From positions 565,763-629,762 of the forward strand of contig CBDHCY010000005.1 in assembly GCA_965261485.1 (NCBI GenBank): a stretch of DNA of 64,000 nt, read 5' to 3'. Below are positions 1 to 7,846 of the stretch, one piece after another. Made by a program: the position numbers and the translations under genes. Within the stretch, counting starts at the first letter, position 1. Each line of letters starts with the position of its first letter. The notes under the pieces were generated by a model. That model did no database searches and was not told the origin of the DNA. It saw only the letters and a list, made by a program, of their open reading frames with translations. This stretch comes from Leptospiria bacterium (GTDB lineage: Bacteria; Spirochaetota; Leptospiria; Turneriellales; CBDBES01).

Positions 1-217
1 ATTTGCTTAAGTCAACCCCTCCCATAATAACTTTACCTTCTGTAGGCTTAATAAGCCCAACAGTCATATAGAAGGACGTTGTTTTACCCGCACCATTTGG
101 CCCTAATAAACCAACAATCTCCCCAGTTGATATTGAAAAATTAACACCGTTAACTATCCATTTTTTACCAATCTTCTTTTTTAAGTTTTGAGCCTCTAAT
201 GTTAAAGTGGATGCCAT
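1..217 (-). CDS. lptB: LPS export ABC transporter ATP-binding protein (5' part only; runs off window start)
   Basis: Manual translation of the minus strand from ATG 217: MASTLTLEAQNLKKKIGKKWIVNGVNFSISTGEIVGLLGPNGAGKTTSFYMTVGLIKP; Walker A followed by the LptB-typical TxFYMxVGL. Confidence 0.85.
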   Translation of the reverse strand, partial: MASTLTLEAQNLKKKIGKKWIVNGVNFSISTGEIVGLLGPNGAGKTTSFYMTVGLIKPTEGKVIMGGVDLSK

Positions 218-353
218 ATTTGTGTCCAACGTTCTTATTAATTATAGTAAGAAAAGGAAAATTAATGGTTGGAAGGTTCAAACTCTAAGATATTTTAGTG
301 TTTTTTTATTTTAAATTAAAGTTTAAAATATTAATTTGGGGTTGATGTTCTAT

Positions 354-362
354 TGCCATAAT
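354..362 (+). promoter_or_regulatory. Possible extended -10 promoter (TG-C-CATAAT) for the lipoprotein gene
   Basis: TGCCATAAT about 40 nt upstream of ATG 404; SD AGGAG at 391-395. Confidence 0.35.
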
Positions 363-403
363 AAGACGTGACACTTAGAATAAAATTTAAAGGAGATTTA
401 AAA

Positions 404-1882
404 ATGAAAATAGGAAAAAACGTGATTTCTATCACATTAATGTTATTTGGTCTATTGTTTGTTTCGAATTGTACAGACAAAGATCTAAAAGAAGAGGAGA
501 CGCCGATTGGTGGTGGCACTGGCATTGTTAAAGCAGTTCCAGGCGAGCTTGCTACATTAAAAGCAGGCAATGTTCCAGATAAATTTACTGTAGCTGTACC
601 GCCAAAATTGCAAAAAGGCGAAAAGCTAGATATAGCGAAGTTATCAGAGTACGCTGATCCAACGAAAAAGGGGAATGTCGCACTTTTGAAAGATACGGTT
701 AAGTACATGGACGAATCCATTTCAACGGTAAAATTGGCGATGGTTTTTGCAGATGCGCTTATTTCTAAAAAAGCTACTGCTACTGCTATTAGCTCTTCTA
801 TAGCAAAAGATTCAGCCAAGCTTAAGATTACTGATGTAATGGCTGCACTTGGAATAGCAGCTGCAGCGAAGGCGCAATTAACGGCTCTTTTAACTGCTGC
901 TGGAGTCTCGTATGATAAGACGTATATAGGAGTTCCAGCTAGTTGCTACCAAAAGAGTGCAGCAGGTATTTTGAATCACCACGTCCGTATCTCTACTACA
1001 AAAGAAACTGCTGACTGTGAGGCGGCGATTACTACTGATGCTGAGAAAACAGCTACAATCGCCATTAGTTGGAACGACGATAAAGATATAGTACAAACAA
1101 ACTTGGCTGGTATTGATATTCGTTACAATGGTCCAAAAAAAGCAGTTCGTATGACAAAAGCTTTGACAGCTGACGTAACAGCAACCTTAAGTATGGTTGA
1201 TTGTAGTTCTAGTGCTACCACTCAATGTGTAATCGTTGATTATGCTATTGCTGGTACTCGTCTTCGTGGTAAAGTAGACAACGATGGTGGTGTGATACAA
1301 ACATTTATTACATTGTTTGACACTGAGACGCCTCCAGCGATAACAGGATACACTTTAGTGGAAGATGCTTTTGAAACTACGACTGATGCTACTACTAAGG
1401 TGCTTACGGTTACTAATGCGGGTCGAAGAAGTAGAGCTATTACTGCAACTAACTTAGCGATCCTTATAGCCGTACCTACTGCTCAGAAGGCTATGGATTT
1501 TGTTGCCACTGGTGCTGTCGCTGATTGGGAAGTGGTAGTTTTAGATCCAGTTGTTGGCACCTCAGTATTTGGTATCGATACTGCCAGTGCTAATGCTACT
1601 ACAGCGAATTTGGTAGCTTCTACGACCTATATGAAATATCTTGCCCTTGCTGATGGAACTACAGCTGTAGCTGATGCTGCTAATGGTAATGCTCAGTTAT
1701 TGTTGGGTGTCGACTTTGCTTTTACTGTTGCTGCTCTCGGTGCAGAGGCTTTTCTTGGTGCTTGGCAGTATGGTACTGGTACTGGTGAAATCGTCTTCAG
1801 TACGGTATTTGAAACATCAGCAACAAAATTTCTTGCTGATCTCTATTTAGCAATTACTGCAGCTCCTACTCCTTCTAGTTAA
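404..1882 (+). CDS. Ala/Thr-rich putative surface lipoprotein, unknown family
   Basis: AGGAG SD before ATG 404; signal MKIGKNVISITLMLFGLLFVSN-C with spirochaete-like lipobox; 492 aa; strong GCT/ACT/GGT codon bias. Confidence 0.75.
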   Translation: MKIGKNVISITLMLFGLLFVSNCTDKDLKEEETPIGGGTGIVKAVPGELATLKAGNVPDKFTVAVPPKLQKGEKLDIAKLSEYADPTKKGNVALLKDTVKYMDESISTVKLAMVFADALISKKATATAISSSIAKDSAKLKITDVMAALGIAAAAKAQLTALLTAAGVSYDKTYIGVPASCYQKSAAGILNHHVRISTTKETADCEAAITTDAEKTATIAISWNDDKDIVQTNLAGIDIRYNGPKKAVRMTKALTADVTATLSMVDCSSSATTQCVIVDYAIAGTRLRGKVDNDGGVIQTFITLFDTETPPAITGYTLVEDAFETTTDATTKVLTVTNAGRRSRAITATNLAILIAVPTAQKAMDFVATGAVADWEVVVLDPVVGTSVFGIDTASANATTANLVASTTYMKYLALADGTTAVADAANGNAQLLLGVDFAFTVAALGAEAFLGAWQYGTGTGEIVFSTVFETSATKFLADLYLAITAAPTPSS

Positions 1883-1941
1883 GCATTAGAGAACGATATA
1901 TCGATTAAAATCGAAAATTAAAATATATGAATATTAAGCTA

Positions 1942-2136
1942 GTTTAATTTGATATGCCATTTTATAATACCTCACTGGTATGTAAGATGGCACAAATTAA
2001 ACCGCTAAAATCATATGAAAATATTCTAACTTTGAGCCGGTTCAAATCAGAACTGGTTTAAAGTTGGAATCATCTTAAGTTTAAATATTTTCAATCTCTA
2101 AACTCTTTTTACTGAATATTTGTGTTCAGAAAAGTT
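1942..2136 (+). other. Cluster of three stem-loops (structured 3' UTR, terminator or ncRNA)
   Basis: Inverted repeats at 1942-2002, 2023-2070 and 2101-2136; non-Watson-Crick positions are mostly G-U compatible on the + strand. Confidence 0.6.
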
Positions 2137-2262
2137 CTTTAATATTTTAAATATTATTACATTTTGAAGCTTTAATAAAACTATGTACAGAATATGTATG
2201 TTTCTATTTTTTGTGTGTTAGCTCTATTCTAGATTTTAGAATGGAGCTCTCTTAATAAATTA

Positions 2263-3582
2263 ATGCAAAAAATAGACGATAAATACCTTGATGAAATAAC
2301 TGAAAAAGCCATTCAGATTATAGATCGTGATTATCTTATGAATGTTTATTCTAAAGAATTATCAATCAATCATCGTGATATTTTTAATAAAGCAAAAGCT
2401 TTGTCAAATGTTGTTGATGAAGCTACTGATGCTGGTGTGCTCCAATATGGAACCCCCATTCAATCAAAACCTGGCCCAAGGGTTGTTATGGAATTTTTTG
2501 GTGAAATAAAAAATTTGATTATGTTTGCAAGTAATGATTATCTGAACCTCTCTACAGATAAAAGAGTGCATGATGCTATAACAACTACATTAAAAAACTA
2601 TGGTGTAGGAGCAGGAAGCTCACGGGTGGGAACAGGATATAGTTATTTACATAAAAAACTAGAAGATCAAATCGCCGCTTCTTTTGGAAAAGAAGCAGCG
2701 ATTGTATTTCCAACAGGTTACGACGCTATCGCTTCTCCTGCTTTAACTCTGCTTACAAAAGATGATCGGGTTATTGTCGATAGTTCTGCTCACGCCTGTA
2801 TTATTGATAGCTCACACGCATCTGGTGCCGTTGTGAGATACTTTTCTCATAATAATCCTGATCGTCTTGAAGAAACTCTAAAAAAAACAGATACTCGTTT
2901 GAAAGGAGGAGGTATTTTAGTTGTTATTGAGGGTGCCTATAGTATGGATGGAGATATTGCTTGCCTAGATAAAATTGTACCCATCTGTAAAAAATATAAA
3001 GCAAGACTTTTAATTGACGAAGCTCACTCCATTGGAGTTCACGGCTCAAAAGGACACGGTATCTGTGAGCATTTTTCCCTTGAAAAAGAAACTGATATGA
3101 TCGGAGGTACATTTAGTAAATCACTGGGAGCTACAGGAGGCTTTATTGCGGCTGATCGTTCTGTCGTTGATTATCTAAACTACATAAGTCGAAAAATTTT
3201 ATTCTCAGCTGCATTCCCTCCTATCTTAGCTTCAGCCGTTTCTGAATCTCTTAAAATTATGGAAGAAGATAGCTCACTTAAAGACAAACTCTGGGAAAAT
3301 ATTCGTTATTTTGCACGAGGCTTAAAAGAAGTAGGAGCAACTCTATTAGGAGAAGAAACAGCCTCGATTCCTGTGCTTATTGGTCGTGATTCAATTATGT
3401 TTCGTTTTACACGTGATTTAATAAAAGAGAATATATTTACATTCCCTATTGTTTATCCGAGTGTACCAAGAGGCAAGTCTATCTTTCGTATGGCTTTGCA
3501 AACTCAACACACTAAAGAAGATTTAGATCATACTATTGATATTTTCTCAAAACTTTTACGTAAATATGATATTATAAAATAA
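2263..3582 (+). CDS. PLP-dependent alpha-oxoamine synthase (serine palmitoyltransferase/BioF/Kbl family)
   Basis: FASNDYLNL, HACIID, FSHNN, EGAYSMDGD, DEAHSIG, GTFSKSLG (PLP lysine). Confidence 0.85.
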   Translation: MQKIDDKYLDEITEKAIQIIDRDYLMNVYSKELSINHRDIFNKAKALSNVVDEATDAGVLQYGTPIQSKPGPRVVMEFFGEIKNLIMFASNDYLNLSTDKRVHDAITTTLKNYGVGAGSSRVGTGYSYLHKKLEDQIAASFGKEAAIVFPTGYDAIASPALTLLTKDDRVIVDSSAHACIIDSSHASGAVVRYFSHNNPDRLEETLKKTDTRLKGGGILVVIEGAYSMDGDIACLDKIVPICKKYKARLLIDEAHSIGVHGSKGHGICEHFSLEKETDMIGGTFSKSLGATGGFIAADRSVVDYLNYISRKILFSAAFPPILASAVSESLKIMEEDSSLKDKLWENIRYFARGLKEVGATLLGEETASIPVLIGRDSIMFRFTRDLIKENIFTFPIVYPSVPRGKSIFRMALQTQHTKEDLDHTIDIFSKLLRKYDIIK

Positions 3583-3586
3583 ATTT

Positions 3587-5140
3587 GTGGATATCAAAGA
3601 ATCAAATATAACAGATATATCTAAAAGTTATAATCATACTAAGCATTATGATGGATTATCTGCTTGTGAACTTTTTAAAGAGCAAGAAGGTCTGGCATTC
3701 AGTGATTTTATTTTACTACCCGGCTATATTGACTTTCTACCAGAAGATGTTTGCCTAGAAACACGAATATCAAGAACAATAAAGCTACAAATTCCAATTA
3801 TCTCCTCACCTATGGATACCGTAACCGAACACGAAATGGCGATTGCCTTGGCTTCGCTAGGAGGCTTAGGGATAATACACTCTAATCAAACACTAGATGA
3901 GCAAGTTAAACAAGTGGAAAAAGTAAAGCGTTTTGAAAATGGTTTTATTTCAGACCCGATCACACTTTCTCCTGAAAATTTACTTTCTGATGTTTTTAAA
4001 ATTAAAAAAAAATTTGGTTTTTCAGGAATTCCTGTTACCCAAACAGGTAAAAATCATTCGAAGTTATTGGGTATCATTACTAATCGAGATATTGATTTTG
4101 AAACTGATTTATCTAAAAAAGTTAGTGAGGTAATGAGTTGTGAGCTAGTTACAGCTTCTGCCGGTGTATCTCTCAAACAAGCCAATGAGATATTGAAAAA
4201 ATCAAAAAAAGGTAAACTTCCTATTGTTGATAAAAATGGAATGTTAGTTTCTTTAATTTGTCGAACTGATTTAAAAAAAAGTCAAGATTTCCCTTTATCT
4301 AGTAAAGATGAAAATAAGCGGTTACAAGTGGGAGCGTCTGTTTCTACTCATCCTAAAGATAGAGATCGAATTGAAGCTATTATTGAGAAAGGTGCTGACC
4401 TTTTGGTAATCGATGCTGCTCAGGGCTATTCAACTTTTCAAATTAAGTTGATCAAAGAGTTAAAAAGAAAATACCCTTACTTGAATATTATGGGTGGAAA
4501 CATTGTCACAAAAGAACAGGCAGAAGCTCTCATCAAGGCGGGAGCCGATTCACTTAGAGTCGGTATGGGTCCTGGGTCTATTTGTATTACTCAAGATACA
4601 ATGGCTTGTGGTCGTGCTCAGGTGTCTGCAATTTATGCAACAGCTTCTTTAGCTAAAAAATATGATGTGCCCATAGTCGCTGATGGAGGTATTAGAGAAA
4701 TTGGTGATATTGTTAAAGCTCTTTCTGTAGGTGGCTCTGCTGTTATGGTTGGCTCATTACTCGCTGGTACCGAAGAAGCACCCGGTGATTATTTTTATAG
4801 TAAAGGCGTTCGACTAAAAGAATACCGTGGCATGGCTTCTTTGGAGGCCATGAGAAGGAAGGGTAGTGATCGTTATTTTTCAGATAGTGATATAACTTCT
4901 GTTGCCCAAGGGGTTACGGGTACGGTGGTTGACCGAGGTTCTATATATAAATTTTTACCTTATATTATACAAGGTCTTAGACATGCATTTCAAGATATTG
5001 GAAGTAAAGATATATCGATACTCCATAAAAAGATGTCAAATGATAGTCTTAGGTTTGAGAAACGTTCATATATTGCACAACTTCAAGGTCATGTACATAG
5101 TTTGCATTCTTATCAAAAACCAATTGTCGGGTCAGATTAA
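3587..5140 (+). CDS. guaB: IMP dehydrogenase with CBS pair
   Basis: SSPMDTVT, GMGPGSICITQ (catalytic Cys), ADGGI, YRGMAS. Confidence 0.97.
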   Translation: MDIKESNITDISKSYNHTKHYDGLSACELFKEQEGLAFSDFILLPGYIDFLPEDVCLETRISRTIKLQIPIISSPMDTVTEHEMAIALASLGGLGIIHSNQTLDEQVKQVEKVKRFENGFISDPITLSPENLLSDVFKIKKKFGFSGIPVTQTGKNHSKLLGIITNRDIDFETDLSKKVSEVMSCELVTASAGVSLKQANEILKKSKKGKLPIVDKNGMLVSLICRTDLKKSQDFPLSSKDENKRLQVGASVSTHPKDRDRIEAIIEKGADLLVIDAAQGYSTFQIKLIKELKRKYPYLNIMGGNIVTKEQAEALIKAGADSLRVGMGPGSICITQDTMACGRAQVSAIYATASLAKKYDVPIVADGGIREIGDIVKALSVGGSAVMVGSLLAGTEEAPGDYFYSKGVRLKEYRGMASLEAMRRKGSDRYFSDSDITSVAQGVTGTVVDRGSIYKFLPYIIQGLRHAFQDIGSKDISILHKKMSNDSLRFEKRSYIAQLQGHVHSLHSYQKPIVGSD

Positions 5141-5162
5141 ATAAAAAAATGGAGGTACATAA

Positions 5163-5426
5163 ATGAAAATGGAATCTATGATAAAAGAAAAGTTAATGAT
5201 GCACTTAGCTCCTGTATATCTTGACATAATCAATGAATCTCAATTGCACGAAGGGCATCAACATTTTGATAATCCTGGAGAAACTCACTTTAAAATAGTG
5301 ATTTCGTCAGAGAAATTTAAGGGGCAAAATAAAATGATGAGACATCGCAAAGTATATACGGCTTTAAAGGTATGCTTTCAAGAAGGTTTGCATTCTTTGA
5401 CTATTGAAGATCTAGAATCCAAATAG
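5163..5426 (+). CDS. bolA: BolA family protein
   Basis: NESQLHEGH, ETHFKIVISSEKF, RHRKVY, GLHSL; GGAGG SD. Confidence 0.92.
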   Translation: MKMESMIKEKLMMHLAPVYLDIINESQLHEGHQHFDNPGETHFKIVISSEKFKGQNKMMRHRKVYTALKVCFQEGLHSLTIEDLESK

Positions 5427-5492
5427 AAAAATATCTGAACAATATTTTGTGTAAAATAAGATCAATATTTATCCTCAATATATCTTTCTAAG

Positions 5493-5969
5493 ATGAAGTA
5501 TTACAGTAAACCTCCTTCTCAACTAAATAAGCGAGAAGGAGGTAAACCACTGGGGACATCAAAAAAAAAAATATCACATCTTATTCTTTTTATTGATTTA
5601 ATTTTAGTTGTTTTAGTTGCTCTTTATTTTAAAAGTGATATTATAAAAGAAAAAACCTCACATATTGAAAAACAATTTGAATTTTTGGGGTTGAAGATAA
5701 CTTCTTCATGTAAAAAAAAAATTGGTTGTCATATCAATATTGACTCCCCTGATGAGAATAAAAAATTAAATCAAATTGAGTGGAATGTTTTCTCTAACAT
5801 CAAGGAAAATAGGCCAATTTATGAGCTGTCTTTGAAAAATAAAAAAATTAAGAAAGGTGAATTTTACGAGAATACTTTTACTTTTCCTCTCGAGCTTGGT
5901 CAAACCGTCTATATTAGTCTTATTTTAGGCACTCCACCAAAAATATCAAAATTACAGGTATTCCCTTAA
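5493..5969 (+). CDS. Hypothetical single-TM membrane protein
   Basis: 158-aa ORF, basic N-terminus then hydrophobic LILFIDLILVVLVALYF. Confidence 0.6.
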   Translation: MKYYSKPPSQLNKREGGKPLGTSKKKISHLILFIDLILVVLVALYFKSDIIKEKTSHIEKQFEFLGLKITSSCKKKIGCHINIDSPDENKKLNQIEWNVFSNIKENRPIYELSLKNKKIKKGEFYENTFTFPLELGQTVYISLILGTPPKISKLQVFP

Positions 5970-6098
5970 TATATAATAATGGAATGCTGTATCTCTAAAC
6001 TTTGTTCAAGTTTAAATAAAATTCAAATCGTAGTATTCAAAAGTAAGTAAATATTGAAGATATTTTGAGTTTGGTCTAGAAGATTTATAAATTTAAAT

Positions 6099-6133
6099 TT
6101 TAATTGACTAGTCAGTTAAATAATATTTACAAT
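6099..6133 (+). promoter_or_regulatory. sigma70-like promoter of the TolC-RND operon with a palindromic operator over the -35
   Basis: TTGACT (6104-6109)-N18-TACAAT; TTTAATTGACTAGTCAGTTAAA (6099-6120) is a palindrome with one mismatched pair. Confidence 0.5.
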
Positions 6134-6219
6134 TCTCAACGTTGGCTGTACGGATAAAATAAAATTACTAAAAGTGAATAATTTGGTAAATTAATGTTTA
6201 CGCAATAAAATAATTTGTA

Positions 6220-7824
6220 ATGATACTGATTAAATTTCTATATTTTATAAGTGTTAGTTTGTTGCTGATTCATTTTACTTTTTCAACTGAGTTGCTCTAC
6301 AGTGTTGAAATTAAAAAGATTACTGAGCACAAAAAAAATAAAATTAAACCACGGAGTAGGGGTGAGAGTACTTATATTCAAATTGGTAGCAATCGCTTGA
6401 GCTTATCAGATGCAATGAAATTAGTCATCTTTAAAAACCTTACCCTGAGAGAAGCTATGTACGACCTTATTCAAGTAGATACAAAACTTTTAAAGTTTCA
6501 GAAAAAATATAAAATAAAATTGGGTTTAGAAGGAAAATTATCATATTCAAAAAAACCAGTATTTGCTCAAATCTTACGCTCTATTCAGGGTGATACCGCG
6601 ACTAAATATGATATTGTAGGTTCAATTAGAAAAAAATTCTCAACAGGTACGGAAATTATAGGAGGAGTAAACAATATAAATTATTATGATGTTAACGATC
6701 AAGCTTTTCAGGGGAGTTCACCAAACCCAGCTTTTTATCGGCACGGTTTTTTTTTACAGATAAAACAGGAGCTTTTAAAAAATTTCCTAGGTCAAACTGA
6801 TCGAGCTAACGAAAAATCTTTAGAAATACGAGCTAGTATAACTAGATCTTCTCTTATTAACCAACTTTCTAATATTTTAGTTCAAACTATAGCAGATTAT
6901 TGGAGTGTAACAGTCTCTAAAAAAGCCTTAGATACCCGTCTTTTGGAACTTTCTTCTACTCAAAAAGTTCGTCAAATTATTATTCGTAATACACGTTTGG
7001 GTATCTCTGAGAAATTTGATGTAAACCGCTATAATTCTCTTTTGGCGGTAGCCAAAAATAAAGTAGCTCAGGCGAGGTATCAATATGAAGAAGTAAAAAG
7101 AATACTCCTTCGACGAGTTGATTTATCCCCAAAAACAAAAATTACAGGTGTAACTGATTTAACAGAAAAGCTCCCTGCAGATATTAAATTGTCAAAGGAT
7201 ATTGAAACTGCCTTCAAAAAAAGGGTCGATTATAAAAATGCAATTTTAGAGATGAAAGCTATTAAACTTGAAAAAGAAGTCAGTTCTAATGCTCTCTTGC
7301 CTTCTTTACTTTTAGATTTTAAAGTAGAGACGGCAAGTCAGGCAGATAGTTTGAAAAATAGCTTTTATCAGGCTCATAATTATGAGTTTCCTAATATTGA
7401 TCTTAAATTAAAAATGAACTACCCTTTATTTGATAGAGAAATGTACGCAAATAGAAGAAACTCTGAACTAAAAATGAAGCAACAAGAAATAGTAATTATG
7501 GAATTAAAAAAAGAATTACGAGATGATGTAATTAGTAAGCATGGAAATCTGATACTTTCGCATAAAGTACTGAAAAATAGTAAAATCGCTCAACGAGAGT
7601 CCGCTATTTATTATGCTGGTCTTTTAAAACGTAGTCGACAGGGAAAATTTAACGCGGAAAATGTAAAAAATGCTTTAGATAGTGTGATCAATTCACGTCT
7701 CCGACTCTTACAAAACTTGGTCAATTATAATCTTGCCTTGCTTCAATATGATTTATCTAAAAATGAAATTTTCGAAAGGTATGACTTAAATATTGAGAAA
7801 TTGTTAAAACAGATGAAATTATAA
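6220..7824 (+). CDS. TolC-family outer membrane efflux protein
   Basis: Signal peptide, LSLSDAMKLVIFKN start motif, LLPSLLLD, MNYPLFD, two helical OEP repeats; immediately upstream of an RND gene. Confidence 0.85.
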   Translation: MILIKFLYFISVSLLLIHFTFSTELLYSVEIKKITEHKKNKIKPRSRGESTYIQIGSNRLSLSDAMKLVIFKNLTLREAMYDLIQVDTKLLKFQKKYKIKLGLEGKLSYSKKPVFAQILRSIQGDTATKYDIVGSIRKKFSTGTEIIGGVNNINYYDVNDQAFQGSSPNPAFYRHGFFLQIKQELLKNFLGQTDRANEKSLEIRASITRSSLINQLSNILVQTIADYWSVTVSKKALDTRLLELSSTQKVRQIIIRNTRLGISEKFDVNRYNSLLAVAKNKVAQARYQYEEVKRILLRRVDLSPKTKITGVTDLTEKLPADIKLSKDIETAFKKRVDYKNAILEMKAIKLEKEVSSNALLPSLLLDFKVETASQADSLKNSFYQAHNYEFPNIDLKLKMNYPLFDREMYANRRNSELKMKQQEIVIMELKKELRDDVISKHGNLILSHKVLKNSKIAQRESAIYYAGLLKRSRQGKFNAENVKNALDSVINSRLRLLQNLVNYNLALLQYDLSKNEIFERYDLNIEKLLKQMKL

Positions 7825-7846
7825 TTTTTATATTTAAGACACAGTC

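Noticed and set aside
331-1096. Minus-strand ORFs 331-819 and 890-1096
   Set aside because: Antisense shadows of the strongly codon-biased lipoprotein gene; no motifs
2023-2070. Hairpin with TAAC...GTT ends as an integron attC site
   Set aside because: Only 48 bp, the ends do not fit RYYYAAC/GTTRRRY exactly, no extrahelical bases, and no integrase or cassette array in the window
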